IMG/VR virus record: IMGVR_UViG_3300048033_000958
Location: 1-63,908 of that record
Reading direction: 5' to 3' (one strand)
Length of the DNA stretch: 63,908 bases
DNA from: a virus
Lineage: Duplodnaviria > Caudoviricetes
The notes below the pieces were generated by a model that saw only the letters and a list, made by a program, of their open reading frames with translations, made no database searches and had not been told where the DNA came from. How positions within the stretch are numbered: the first letter of the stretch is position 1; each line of letters begins with the position of its first letter. The position numbers were made by a program, and so were the translations under genes. This document shows positions 54,243 to 63,906 of this stretch, piece after piece.

Positions 54243-56576
54243 TTATGCTTCAGGGAAAGCCGCACCAGTTGGAAGAATGTTGAAGTCAAGTACGATGAAC
54301 TCAGCAGTCTTCGTTGGTTGTAAGTAAATCTCCCCTACCATAATGTTTCTATCAATTACATCTGGAGTGTTGTTAGTATCATCCATCACAACTCTAAATG
54401 CGTACAAACCATTTCTTTGTTGGATTGATTCCAAGTAAGGATTCACAATTGATAGGAATCTATTTCTTGTTGCAGCAGTATTGTTTTCGAATACCAAGTA
54501 TCTTGTTGAAGATGCGATGTATTTCTTAACTGCGATTAACAATCTTCTTACATTGATTCTATCCAATGCAGATGGTTTTGCTTGTAGTGTCTTTTGACCG
54601 AATACCGTAGCACCTTGTCCTGGGAAAGTTGCGATTGGGTTGATTCGACCTTCGTATAATGTGTCTCTCTCATCGTGAGTCAAACGAGTCTTAACTTCGA
54701 TTACATTTGGAAGACCACCACGATTCAAACCTGCTGGTGCGTACCATTCGGCACTTACAGCATCGTTGAATGCAATTACACCAGGAAGTACAACACTTGG
54801 CGGTACCCATACTGGTTTGTTTTTATCAGTATCCAAAATCTTAACCCAAGGGTGGTAAGTAGCCACATAGTTTGAGTCAAATGAAGTTAGTGAATTTTTC
54901 ACAGTTGCAATAGAGTCAGAGTAACCACCTGCATCCATTACATAGAAACAATCTAATCTATCTTCACACATATCTTTTGCGTAAGTAGTTACTGCAGAGT
55001 GTAGTCTATTGATTACACCTGGAAGTGCAATCATATTGATATCGAACTCATCAGGGTTTGAGATTGCATCAATTGCTTTTCTATATGCAATTGTACCTGC
55101 TGCTGTAGCAGATGAAAGGTTGAACCCTTGTGCGTTACCTGCAACGATTGAAGAACCCACGTTTACTACTCTATTTGGTTCATATCCATCGAAACCACCT
55201 TGGAATGGTACTAAGAATTTCTTAGCACTCAAGTCAGATGTCAATGAGATAGCAGCACCATTTGATTCACAAGTTGCCAAATCAAAGTCAGAACCAACAG
55301 TTTCAGTATTTGAATCTGGAAGTGGTTGTAGGAAGTTCAAGTTATCAGTCGTAGTAAAATCGAATGAGTAACCCAAGAATGCTCTCTTGTTGTACTCACT
55401 TGAGATAGACTGAGATACATTGTAAGTTGGAGTAGGTAAGTTGTAAGATGAATGTAGAGGTGAAGTTACAGCACCGAATCCGAATGGAACGAGTGTTGAA
55501 TCAATAGCACCACTATCAACATCATCAGCTACTTCTACTCTAATGTGAGCAGATGCGTTAGGGTAATCACCATTTGAGTTTAATTTACCATTTGCATCAA
55601 CTGTGATATACTTGTCACCAATTACTCTCTTAATGTAGTTTGGTGAGTTAGGGTCAAGATTTACACCTTGGAACTCTTCTACGATGTTTGGTCTAAGGTC
55701 AGAATCTTGAACACTTTGTCCAAAAATTGAATTAGGAATCTTTCCAGTATCTACTCTTCTTACGATTACACTAAATGTACCATACTCAGAACCTGGCACC
55801 TCTGAAGCTGGTCTAATGTCACGAATACCTACTTTGAATTCGTAGTTCGTAGAGTTACCGTGAGATAGTGTATGGAATTTAATCAAGTTAATAGCTTCAC
55901 CACCAACTTTTTGTGATTTAATCCAAGGAGTTACTGCCTCTTGATATGTCTTCGTGTAATCAACATCAACTTGCTGAACTGAAACCTTAACATCTTCACC
56001 AGTTGCGAATGATGCAGATTGGAATGTTCCAAAGTTCAATTGAGTGTAAGCATCTTTAGAAGACTTAGGAGCATATCCATATGTCTTAGTAATGTAGTTT
56101 TCATTTGATGGGTTCAATGATGCGGAAGTATTTGCTTCAGCAACTGAACTACCAGTCAATGTTAAAATGAAAGAAGATGCACTTGCAACTGCATCTACCG
56201 ATGAGTCATCGAAGTCACCACCATTTGAAGTAGTAGTTGGGTGAAGTAAAGCACCTACTAACTCACCTTCAGATGATGATACTACCAATGCTAATGGTTT
56301 AGCAGTGTATCCATCTTGACCTAATACTCTTACGATAGTAGCAGTACCTGCTTCCTCTAAATAAGATTGGGCAGTATACGGAAGATATGAATCTTCAGTA
56401 AGACCACCGAACTTTTGTTGGAATTCTTGAAAAGACTCTACTTGTGTTGGAACAAAAGCAGGTCCTTTGATTGATTGCCCGATAAGAGCAGCACCTATCT
56501 CACCAATACCTTGTGGTAAAAATGAAAGGTCTTTTTCTCGTGTAAATACGCCAGGACTTACAATTCTTTCAGCCAT
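54243..56576 (-). CDS. Contractile tail sheath protein (gp18-like)
   Basis: SPGVFTREKD, WYAPAGLNRG, INPI, GQKTLQ, DRINVRRL, FENN, PTKTAEFI. Confidence 0.96.
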   Translation of the reverse strand: MAERIVSPGVFTREKDLSFLPQGIGEIGAALIGQSIKGPAFVPTQVESFQEFQQKFGGLTEDSYLPYTAQSYLEEAGTATIVRVLGQDGYTAKPLALVVSSSEGELVGALLHPTTTSNGGDFDDSSVDAVASASSFILTLTGSSVAEANTSASLNPSNENYITKTYGYAPKSSKDAYTQLNFGTFQSASFATGEDVKVSVQQVDVDYTKTYQEAVTPWIKSQKVGGEAINLIKFHTLSHGNSTNYEFKVGIRDIRPASEVPGSEYGTFSVIVRRVDTGKIPNSIFGQSVQDSDLRPNIVEEFQGVNLDPNSPNYIKRVIGDKYITVDANGKLNSNGDYPNASAHIRVEVADDVDSGAIDSTLVPFGFGAVTSPLHSSYNLPTPTYNVSQSISSEYNKRAFLGYSFDFTTTDNLNFLQPLPDSNTETVGSDFDLATCESNGAAISLTSDLSAKKFLVPFQGGFDGYEPNRVVNVGSSIVAGNAQGFNLSSATAAGTIAYRKAIDAISNPDEFDINMIALPGVINRLHSAVTTYAKDMCEDRLDCFYVMDAGGYSDSIATVKNSLTSFDSNYVATYHPWVKILDTDKNKPVWVPPSVVLPGVIAFNDAVSAEWYAPAGLNRGGLPNVIEVKTRLTHDERDTLYEGRINPIATFPGQGATVFGQKTLQAKPSALDRINVRRLLIAVKKYIASSTRYLVFENNTAATRNRFLSIVNPYLESIQQRNGLYAFRVVMDDTNNTPDVIDRNIMVGEIYLQPTKTAEFIVLDFNILPTGAAFPEA

Positions 56577-56646
56577 TATTTTCTCCTAAATTCTAAAATT
56601 TGGTTTTCCTTATAATAAATACACCAAAAAATAGGGAAACGACTAC

Positions 56647-56928
56647 TTATTTGGTAGGTGTGAATTGATTTGTATTAATATCGTAAGTACCCTCACCATA
56701 TTTCTCTTTTAATTCAGCACTTAATTCCACTTCTTGTTGTCTTAGAGTAGTGTAACCATCAATCAAAGATTGTTTCTCGCTCTTTAATGCTTGGAACTCT
56801 TGTTCTAATCCGTGGATTTGTAGTTCGATTTCACCAATTCTAGTATTGGTGGTAATTACTTTTTGTTGAAACTCTTGAATCTTGTTCACTTCTTCTTGAG
56901 TGAATTGGACTACTGTTTTTTCTTCCAT
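56647..56928 (-). CDS. Coiled-coil hypothetical protein
   Basis: Helical body ending LKEKYGEGTYD; TATTTATA motif upstream. Confidence 0.7.
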   Translation of the reverse strand: MEEKTVVQFTQEEVNKIQEFQQKVITTNTRIGEIELQIHGLEQEFQALKSEKQSLIDGYTTLRQQEVELSAELKEKYGEGTYDINTNQFTPTK

Positions 56929-56970
56929 AACTTTGTATTATTATTGTTCTACTATATAAATATGTAAAAA

Positions 56971-57810
56971 TTATTCATTACCTATCTTTGTTGAGGAATC
57001 ATTTCCACCTAATTTAGGACTCTCACCCCAAGATACCTTACCAACTGAGATTCTTCTCTTAGTATTGTTGGTTACTGCTGCATATTCTGGAACGATATAT
57101 GCCTTTGCAGTCAGATTGATACTTGCCTTGGTAATTCTATCTTGACCCATCTCTGAAATGGTTTCAAACCCATAGGAATCACCTTTGATTACGAATTTGT
57201 ATCTATCACCAAAAGAACGACCTTGGAAAAACACGATTTGTTCAACAATCTTGTTTACTTGCTCCATATAATCACACCAAACGACCACTTCGTACTCTAA
57301 ATTTACATAATCGGGTCTTTCAACCGACATATACTCTTTTTTAGGTGATTGACCAGTCAAAATAGAAAATTGGTCGTATCTATTGGTTCTATTGTACTTT
57401 CTCTCGAACATTTGGTGTGCATCTTCGTTTTGTGCCACCTTCAACTTTGCTAAATCAGTATTAATTGAAAGATTGTTTCGTTTGAATGAGATAACTGGTG
57501 TTAGAATCATACCATTATCATCTTTCATAAACCCATCTCGTTGAGCAGATGCCCATTTTTCAGGAGATGCGTACATTACTGGTACTGGATAGAATCTACC
57601 ATCATCTTCGATAGTAGGTTTTACATCTTTTTCCAAAAAAGTCTTAAAAGCAGAATCTACATCGTAGATACCAACTGAGACATTCTTTACATTGTCTTGG
57701 TCTCTGCGAATCTGCTTTGCCTTATTCAGTTTTACATCTTCACTTGTAGAAGATTGAGTCTGAGTAATGTTTGGTTTGGATGTATCTTGATTTCTATACT
57801 TTTGTGCCAT
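56971..57810 (-). CDS. Tail completion/terminator protein (gp15-like)
   Basis: VPVMYASPEKW, P.ISF.R, PDYV..YE; lies between neck and sheath genes. Confidence 0.72.
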   Translation of the reverse strand: MAQKYRNQDTSKPNITQTQSSTSEDVKLNKAKQIRRDQDNVKNVSVGIYDVDSAFKTFLEKDVKPTIEDDGRFYPVPVMYASPEKWASAQRDGFMKDDNGMILTPVISFKRNNLSINTDLAKLKVAQNEDAHQMFERKYNRTNRYDQFSILTGQSPKKEYMSVERPDYVNLEYEVVVWCDYMEQVNKIVEQIVFFQGRSFGDRYKFVIKGDSYGFETISEMGQDRITKASINLTAKAYIVPEYAAVTNNTKRRISVGKVSWGESPKLGGNDSSTKIGNE

Positions 57811-57811
57811 C

Positions 57812-58339
57812 TTATAATCCTAGTGGTACTTCGTTATCGTTTTGTCTTGAGTTACCTTTATAAGTATCTACTAATTTGATAGATGTTTGTCGAGTAACGT
57901 GTGCATCGCATATAATAGATACATTAAGACCTTGTGAATCACCACCATCCCAAGTATCTGGGTTTTTACCTGCGACATATTGATAAGAGTATTGTGCATC
58001 AATCAAGTGATACTCACCATTCCATTGAATAATATCACCAACTTCGGGTACAAGGTTCTTTTCAACTAATGTATCACGAAGAAATCTGAATTGTACTTCA
58101 CGAGAGTATGATTGACCAAAGTCATCTGAGATTTGTGTGGACTGACCTCTCTCTATCAAACAAGGAATTTTGATTGGTTGGTTAAATACCTTATCCTTAC
58201 CCTCACCATATAGGTTTGCTTTAGTTTCAGTCAAAGCAACTTGATAATAGTAGATTTCCGTATCAATAATGTCATTGATAAGTTCCTTATTCACTTTATT
58301 GAATAATGACATATCTCTTTGTCCACCGAATAGTGCCAT
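57812..58339 (-). CDS. Head closure/neck protein (gp14-like)
   Basis: NLYGE, PEVGDII; follows gp13. Confidence 0.75.
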   Translation of the reverse strand: MALFGGQRDMSLFNKVNKELINDIIDTEIYYYQVALTETKANLYGEGKDKVFNQPIKIPCLIERGQSTQISDDFGQSYSREVQFRFLRDTLVEKNLVPEVGDIIQWNGEYHLIDAQYSYQYVAGKNPDTWDGGDSQGLNVSIICDAHVTRQTSIKLVDTYKGNSRQNDNEVPLGL

Positions 58340-58344
58340 CTACA

Positions 58345-59508
58345 TTATCCTATAAAAATTGGTCTTGGTACTCTATTGAGTGTTTCTTCCAAATATTCAG
58401 ATTCTTCTTTTCTTGCTTCCATCAATGCTCTACGAGAAGTTGATTCCAACATCTCAGTCAATTGAGTAAGTAATGATTCTTTCTCAGCAGATGCTTCGTT
58501 ACGAAGGTCTGACCCATCAAGTGTAATATCTGCTCCTGGGATTGGAATAGCAGAGAACTTTGCTCTAACTGCACCCAACATCTCTTTTGCTAATGCAAGT
58601 GTGTATCTTGCAATCCATTGTTTACCTGCTGAGTTGATATTCTGATAAGTCAATCTACTAAATGGTGCATTTGACAAATCACTTACCACATTTGAGGCAG
58701 CTATTGGTGAGTTAGTCTCACTATCTAATGTATAATCAAAGTAAACCTTTGCACCAGTATCACCACTTGTTGGGATTGGGTATAATCTAATTCTTTGCCC
58801 ATCAATATGGAATCCATACGATGATTTACGAATCTTATCATTAAACTCAATTGCTTGTAATCTAAGAAGGTCATCAAACATTGGTTGCATCATAAATGAT
58901 ACACCTGGTGAGTAGTTACCCCAACCAAAGGTGTTCATCATTTGTTGAGAACCCATACCAGTACCCACAAATGGGTCGAAGTATCTGATGATTGCTGGTG
59001 GTTGAGTATGATATACTCTTCTCATTGTAATACCATTTAGTGTAGAACCACTTTCTAAGGTTACTACACTATCATCACCAAAGTCGTAGATTTGTTGACC
59101 ACCTACCATCTCGAAAGAACCAGTGTAAACAGTAACTTTACCACCACTCAATGCTTCAGTACCATAGTCTTTTGCGATATTGACTAAGTTCTGCATATTT
59201 GCATTCATATTGGTATCTGATAAATCCAAATCCAATGATGAACCTTGTAGTGACAATAAGTTTTCTTTTGCTCTATATTGATTTACTTGAGATGAGTATT
59301 CATTTACTGCTTCTTCTAAACAAGCAAAGAAGTTGATGTCTTGTAATTCAACATCAACAATTGGATACCCCAATCTCTTAGCACACCACTCTGCAACTTT
59401 CGGTGCATCTGATTGAAACTGAGTGTCAGAATCAAAGAACCCGAAAGGAGTTGATGAACCACTTGCAAACGAACCCGAACCTGGCCATATTGGAATTTCT
59501 ACTGCCAT
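58345..59508 (-). CDS. Neck protein (gp13-like)
   Basis: RLGYPIVDVEL, WI..Y.LALAKEMLG..R.KF..IPIPG..LDG. Confidence 0.85.
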   Translation of the reverse strand: MAVEIPIWPGSGSFASGSSTPFGFFDSDTQFQSDAPKVAEWCAKRLGYPIVDVELQDINFFACLEEAVNEYSSQVNQYRAKENLLSLQGSSLDLDLSDTNMNANMQNLVNIAKDYGTEALSGGKVTVYTGSFEMVGGQQIYDFGDDSVVTLESGSTLNGITMRRVYHTQPPAIIRYFDPFVGTGMGSQQMMNTFGWGNYSPGVSFMMQPMFDDLLRLQAIEFNDKIRKSSYGFHIDGQRIRLYPIPTSGDTGAKVYFDYTLDSETNSPIAASNVVSDLSNAPFSRLTYQNINSAGKQWIARYTLALAKEMLGAVRAKFSAIPIPGADITLDGSDLRNEASAEKESLLTQLTEMLESTSRRALMEARKEESEYLEETLNRVPRPIFIG

Positions 59509-59535
59509 TTATACTCCTAAATACTATTAGTCCTA

Positions 59536-59543
59536 TATAAATA
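59536..59543 (-). promoter_or_regulatory. Putative late-promoter motif TATTTATA (one of about 10 copies)
   Basis: Exact copies also at 18269, 39540, 47048, 52219, 53355, 56955, 63174; variants at 54220, 56614, 41648; upstream of minus-strand genes. Confidence 0.6.
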
Positions 59544-59552
59544 GTACTGGTA

Positions 59553-61256
59553 TTACCTTTTCGTATTTTTCATAAAGGATACTATTATATATCTTTTACC
59601 ATCACTTACGGCACGAGCACCGTGTTTATGTGTAATATTCCCAGGATGAATAGTTACATATCCAATACCATTTTTTACCAATTCTTTTTGTCTTCTAAAC
59701 CAAGTCCCACCACCTTCATACTCATCTAAGTCTGAAAGTTGGACTAAACAAGTAACATCAGATGCATCGTGATGGATTGATAAGTGTCCTTGGGTATCGG
59801 GTGTATATCTTGCTAAGAAGTTTTCAGAATCTAAAACATCCCAACCTTCACCCTCTAATGCCCACATATAAATTGAGAGTGGCATTACATATTCACGAAG
59901 AACTTCCATATAAATCTCATGCATTCCAATGGTTTGTAATACCATATCGGTAGTTGGATAGTGTTCGTGTCTATTATAGGTCCAAGAGTTAGAGTGTTCT
60001 GCTTCTTCACGAATCATTTTACAAAACTCTGGTGTAAATAATGGAAATGTAAATGTATTCATAAATGGCTCATCGGTAATCAAGTCCCATTCTTTAGTTC
60101 TTGCCGAATAAGTGATGAATCTACGTTTCCACTCAGTTGGGTTTTCATAATAAGTGTATAACTCAGGATGTAATTTATCTTCTTGATGTAAAACTCGCTT
60201 TGGTTTATCATCTTCTTCTATCTTACTCAACCAAATATCACCAACCATCTCCCAAGATTGTTTATTAGCAAACCCACTTGCTACTCGTAAAAACGATTCC
60301 ATAGAGTTTGGATTGTTTTGGTCGGTTTGTAGTATATCAAGAATACTTAATTTCATCTTATCAAAGTCTTGGTCAGATGATACAAGTTTACCCTTACCTT
60401 GAAGTAGTGATTTTAAATTGGCAGTATCGGATGATATTATTTTAACACCACCTTTCATCATTTCAAGAGCAGTAATACAATATGTCTCATCATAATAAGA
60501 TGGATATACCCAATATTCCGATTTACTTATTTCGTTATACAATCTACTTGGTGGTAATGCTCCTACAAATTCAACACCATCCAAATCTTTTTTATAGCCA
60601 TCATACCATTCTTCGGCATATGGTGGAGTTGCAACTAATAATGTAGCATTTGGTTTTATTTGTTTTATTTCACCCCACATACTCAGTAGATTTTCTAATC
60701 CTCTATCTGCGGCTGAAGAGTATATGAATCTATCTTTAATTTTTATTTGTGGTGACGGCCAATCACTTGAATCAATTGCATTTGGAATAACATCTATCTT
60801 GGATTCCATTTCTGGATAATTGTTTAATAGTTGATTCTTTGAATAGTCCGAAACTGCAATAACTCTATTCATACGAGAGTTGTGTAAGTTAGGTCTACCA
60901 TCTTGGTCCAAACTACTACCATTCCACCACGGATAAAACTCATTATTATGTATCCAAAAGTAAGACTTATCAAATGTAATTCCTTTTGAATCTAATTCTT
61001 GTAGGTAATGGATATAATTTGTTGCAATAACAACATCATAGTGGTCATTTATACCCAAGTCTTCATATGTAAAATACTTTACACCATTATAAGTGCCTGT
61101 GATAACTTCACCACTAACCATAACCTCGTGTCCTAATTCAGAAAATCGTTCTGCTAATTTCATAACTGAATATTCTGAACCACCTGACCCAGTTTCTTTC
61201 CAAGATTGGGGACTAAATGCGGTCTTTTGATAACCTATACAAAATAATACTTTCAT
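59553..61256 (-). CDS. GT4 glycosyltransferase fused to a PLOD-like (procollagen lysyl hydroxylase-type) 2OG-Fe(II) dioxygenase
   Basis: N-terminal GGSE, IPNAID, YSS..DRGL, ETYCITALE; C-terminal FPLFTPEFC, YPTTD, FLARYTPD..HHDAS, YEGGG, HPGNITHKHG..G.RYIIVSF. Confidence 0.85.
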   Translation of the reverse strand: MKVLFCIGYQKTAFSPQSWKETGSGGSEYSVMKLAERFSELGHEVMVSGEVITGTYNGVKYFTYEDLGINDHYDVVIATNYIHYLQELDSKGITFDKSYFWIHNNEFYPWWNGSSLDQDGRPNLHNSRMNRVIAVSDYSKNQLLNNYPEMESKIDVIPNAIDSSDWPSPQIKIKDRFIYSSAADRGLENLLSMWGEIKQIKPNATLLVATPPYAEEWYDGYKKDLDGVEFVGALPPSRLYNEISKSEYWVYPSYYDETYCITALEMMKGGVKIISSDTANLKSLLQGKGKLVSSDQDFDKMKLSILDILQTDQNNPNSMESFLRVASGFANKQSWEMVGDIWLSKIEEDDKPKRVLHQEDKLHPELYTYYENPTEWKRRFITYSARTKEWDLITDEPFMNTFTFPLFTPEFCKMIREEAEHSNSWTYNRHEHYPTTDMVLQTIGMHEIYMEVLREYVMPLSIYMWALEGEGWDVLDSENFLARYTPDTQGHLSIHHDASDVTCLVQLSDLDEYEGGGTWFRRQKELVKNGIGYVTIHPGNITHKHGARAVSDGKRYIIVSFMKNTKR

Positions 61257-61258
61257 AA

Positions 61259-62551
61259 TTACTGCTCTGTGTAAATGTAATTTAATACTTGTTCTCTTTC
61301 AAAATATCTAGTTCTATCCATCCACCAACTCGAATTACACGATTGTGTTTCCTCGTTCCAATCCCAATCAAATTTGCCTAATTCTTGGATTCGATTATGA
61401 ATATCTTTGTCGTAATAATTTCGAATCAACCTTGCTCTCCGATTGATGTCAATCAAATTTAAATCGACTGTACTTGAAAAATTATTCCATTGCATATACA
61501 ATACTTTGTCGATTTTTAGCATCTTTGTTTCTAAGAATGTTTTTACTATCAACTCAAAGTCATCTGCTACTGAAATTGTTCTATTATGACCTCTCACTTT
61601 ATGATACACATCTCGGTGCCATATCCTAGCATGGTTAGGCATTCCCATATTATATCTAATAGTTTTAGGATTGATATTTGCTGAATATCCACCTACATAT
61701 TTCTTATCATCAATCTCTACCCACTCGTGGTGTGCATATCCGAACACATACCCATTATGGTCTCTACCATATGCTTGTGGGTCAATTGGTCCATAGTATT
61801 TGTGACTGCCATCCTCATATATCTCAGCAACACCAGTAAAAACAAACCCAGCATCGGGATATTTCTTAATACCACGCACACAAACCTCAAAACAATCCGA
61901 AGCAAGAGTATCATCGTGGTCTAATTCTACCAACCAATCACCATTTGCTAAGACAGCAGCTCTATGCTTGACTTCACCAACATTCCCACCCGAATTTGGA
62001 GTAATTCTATGTATTTTTACTCGTGGGTCTGATTCTGCGATGGTTTTTAACTTATTCCAAGTATCAAAGTCATCTTCTGGTGAATCATCAACTACCACCC
62101 ACTCCCAATTTCGATATGTTTGGTTTTTTAGTCCATCGTATGCTCTAAATATACGATTACCAGTCTTATATGTTCCAGTAAATACTGAAAATAATGGGTT
62201 TTCTTTTGAACCATATAATTTAGTAGATTTACAACTCCAAATTGTTGATAATCTTGCTACTTCATTTGCTAAATCAACATCGGATAATGGATTATCAAAA
62301 TGAGTCCACTTTGAACTAATAATTTCTGATGTTTCTTGTGATATTACAAACGAGTTAGCATCACCAAATGTTAAAATGACGTCTGGTTCGTGTTTTACCA
62401 TCAGATTGTAAAGGTCTTGGTCACTTTCGTAAGACCATAATTGTATATTTTCAACCAAACCTTCATTTTCGCATAGATTTGATGATAATTCAAACTCACC
62501 AAACCTATCCCAACCAAAAACTAATGCAGATGGTAGTTTAGTTTTTATCAT
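61259..62551 (-). CDS. GT2-family glycosyltransferase with extra N-terminal domain
   Basis: QTYRNWEWVVVDDS, ELDHDD, ADDFEL. Confidence 0.87.
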   Translation of the reverse strand: MIKTKLPSALVFGWDRFGEFELSSNLCENEGLVENIQLWSYESDQDLYNLMVKHEPDVILTFGDANSFVISQETSEIISSKWTHFDNPLSDVDLANEVARLSTIWSCKSTKLYGSKENPLFSVFTGTYKTGNRIFRAYDGLKNQTYRNWEWVVVDDSPEDDFDTWNKLKTIAESDPRVKIHRITPNSGGNVGEVKHRAAVLANGDWLVELDHDDTLASDCFEVCVRGIKKYPDAGFVFTGVAEIYEDGSHKYYGPIDPQAYGRDHNGYVFGYAHHEWVEIDDKKYVGGYSANINPKTIRYNMGMPNHARIWHRDVYHKVRGHNRTISVADDFELIVKTFLETKMLKIDKVLYMQWNNFSSTVDLNLIDINRRARLIRNYYDKDIHNRIQELGKFDWDWNEETQSCNSSWWMDRTRYFEREQVLNYIYTEQ

Positions 62552-62554
62552 AAT

Positions 62555-63154
62555 CTACTTGTATGGTTCGCCACCTACCCAAAGTACGAACGATTTGCGA
62601 GTTCCACTTTTTACTGGGGTTACTCTATGTAACATAAACGATGGAAATATAACTGCTGCTCCTTGAACTCTAGGTGCTACTTTGTGACTTCCCATATTGA
62701 ACTCTAAATCTCCACCTTCATATTCATCAGGTGCTGATAATTGAACTGTTACTGATACTTTCCTTTGGTTTTGAATACCAATTCCACAATCCATATGCCA
62801 ATCGTAATGACCACCACCACCATAGTACTCAGTATACTGAATTGCTTCGTTCATTGTTGATAAATCGAACTTCCACATAACATCATTTGCTTCCATAATC
62901 ATATTATGTAGTTTTTCGTATACCCAATCCCATTCTTGATTTTGGTAACACCACTTTACTTTGGATTTTCTATAATCACTAATTTTTGAAGAATCATCTT
63001 GACCAGTGGCAGCTTCCTCAAACTTTAAGGCTTGTGTCATCTTCTCGATTTGCTCTAACTCTGATTTACTAAATCCAGTTTCGAACCAATAATAGTTGGT
63101 AAAGTCTACATCAGACCGATGTTGGTTTCTATCAAAACTAAAATTTCTATTCAT
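62555..63154 (-). CDS. 2OG-Fe(II) oxygenase (prolyl-hydroxylase-like)
   Basis: YDWHMD, RKVS, YEGGDL, FPSF..HRVTPV..G.RKS. Confidence 0.9.
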   Translation of the reverse strand: MNRNFSFDRNQHRSDVDFTNYYWFETGFSKSELEQIEKMTQALKFEEAATGQDDSSKISDYRKSKVKWCYQNQEWDWVYEKLHNMIMEANDVMWKFDLSTMNEAIQYTEYYGGGGHYDWHMDCGIGIQNQRKVSVTVQLSAPDEYEGGDLEFNMGSHKVAPRVQGAAVIFPSFMLHRVTPVKSGTRKSFVLWVGGEPYK

Positions 63155-63192
63155 ATATAACTTTTTTGTTTTATATAAATATGTAAAATAAA

Positions 63193-63906
63193 TTAGTAAT
63201 CACCACTTCCACTTAAATACATTTCTAAAACGTAAACTGGGTCACCTGATGACCACCCTAGAGGTTTAAATTGTAATTGGTCTTGATATCCTAAGTTACA
63301 CCATATCTTTATAGTTTCAAAGTATCCACCACTCATTTGGTTACCTTTAGCACCTTTTTGACCAACAAATCCACTCATACCTTGAGGACCACCATCACCT
63401 ACAAATTCTAAATCAGAATCTTTATCCGCACCTTGGGCACCTTTAGGTCCTTGAAGACCAGTATCCCCCTGCGGACCTGCGTCAATGGTAGGACCTTGAG
63501 GACCTTGCGGGCCAGTATCTCCTTGTGGACCTAATACACCTTTGACACCACCATCACCACTTGGACCATTTGGACCTATTGGACCTTGTGGGCCATCAAC
63601 CCCAGTATCACCCACATCACCAGTTGGACCAGTCTCACCTTGAACACCTTGAGGTCCTTGTAAACCTTTAAATTCTAAGTCAGATGATTTGTCTATACCT
63701 TGCGGACCTTGTAAACCTTGAGAACCTTGGAAACCTTGGTCACCACCTGGGCCTGTTACGTTTGCTGGACCTACTGAACCAATTGTACCTTTTTGACCTG
63801 CTTCACCTTTTTGACCTTGAAGACCTTGGTCACCTACATCACCCGTTGGACCTATCTGACCACTTGGACCTTGTGGGCCATCAACCCCAGTAACACCTAC
63901 ATTTCC
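63193..63906 (-). CDS. Collagen-like (Gly-X-Y) fibre protein, 5'-truncated by the window edge
   Basis: Frame is open from 63906 to the stop at 63193 with Gly-X-Y triplets, short interruptions and a ~45-aa non-collagen C-terminal domain. Confidence 0.9.
   Translation of the reverse strand, partial: GNVGVTGVDGPQGPSGQIGPTGDVGDQGLQGQKGEAGQKGTIGSVGPANVTGPGGDQGFQGSQGLQGPQGIDKSSDLEFKGLQGPQGVQGETGPTGDVGDTGVDGPQGPIGPNGPSGDGGVKGVLGPQGDTGPQGPQGPTIDAGPQGDTGLQGPKGAQGADKDSDLEFVGDGGPQGMSGFVGQKGAKGNQMSGGYFETIKIWCNLGYQDQLQFKPLGWSSGDPVYVLEMYLSGSGDY

Noticed and set aside
44429-59508. Bacterial contractile injection system or tailocin
   Set aside because: Neck proteins and a full T4-like replisome indicate a genuine phage.
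2342-63893. All plus-strand ORFs in the supplied track (e.g. 50100..50693, 39921..40367, 51468..51896)
   Set aside because: They are antisense shadows of well-supported minus-strand genes and carry no recognisable motifs.
6958-63906. Eukaryotic or giant-virus origin suggested by GT29, PLOD-like and collagen genes
   Set aside because: These genes are intronless, tightly packed with phage genes, and share the phage's regulatory motifs.
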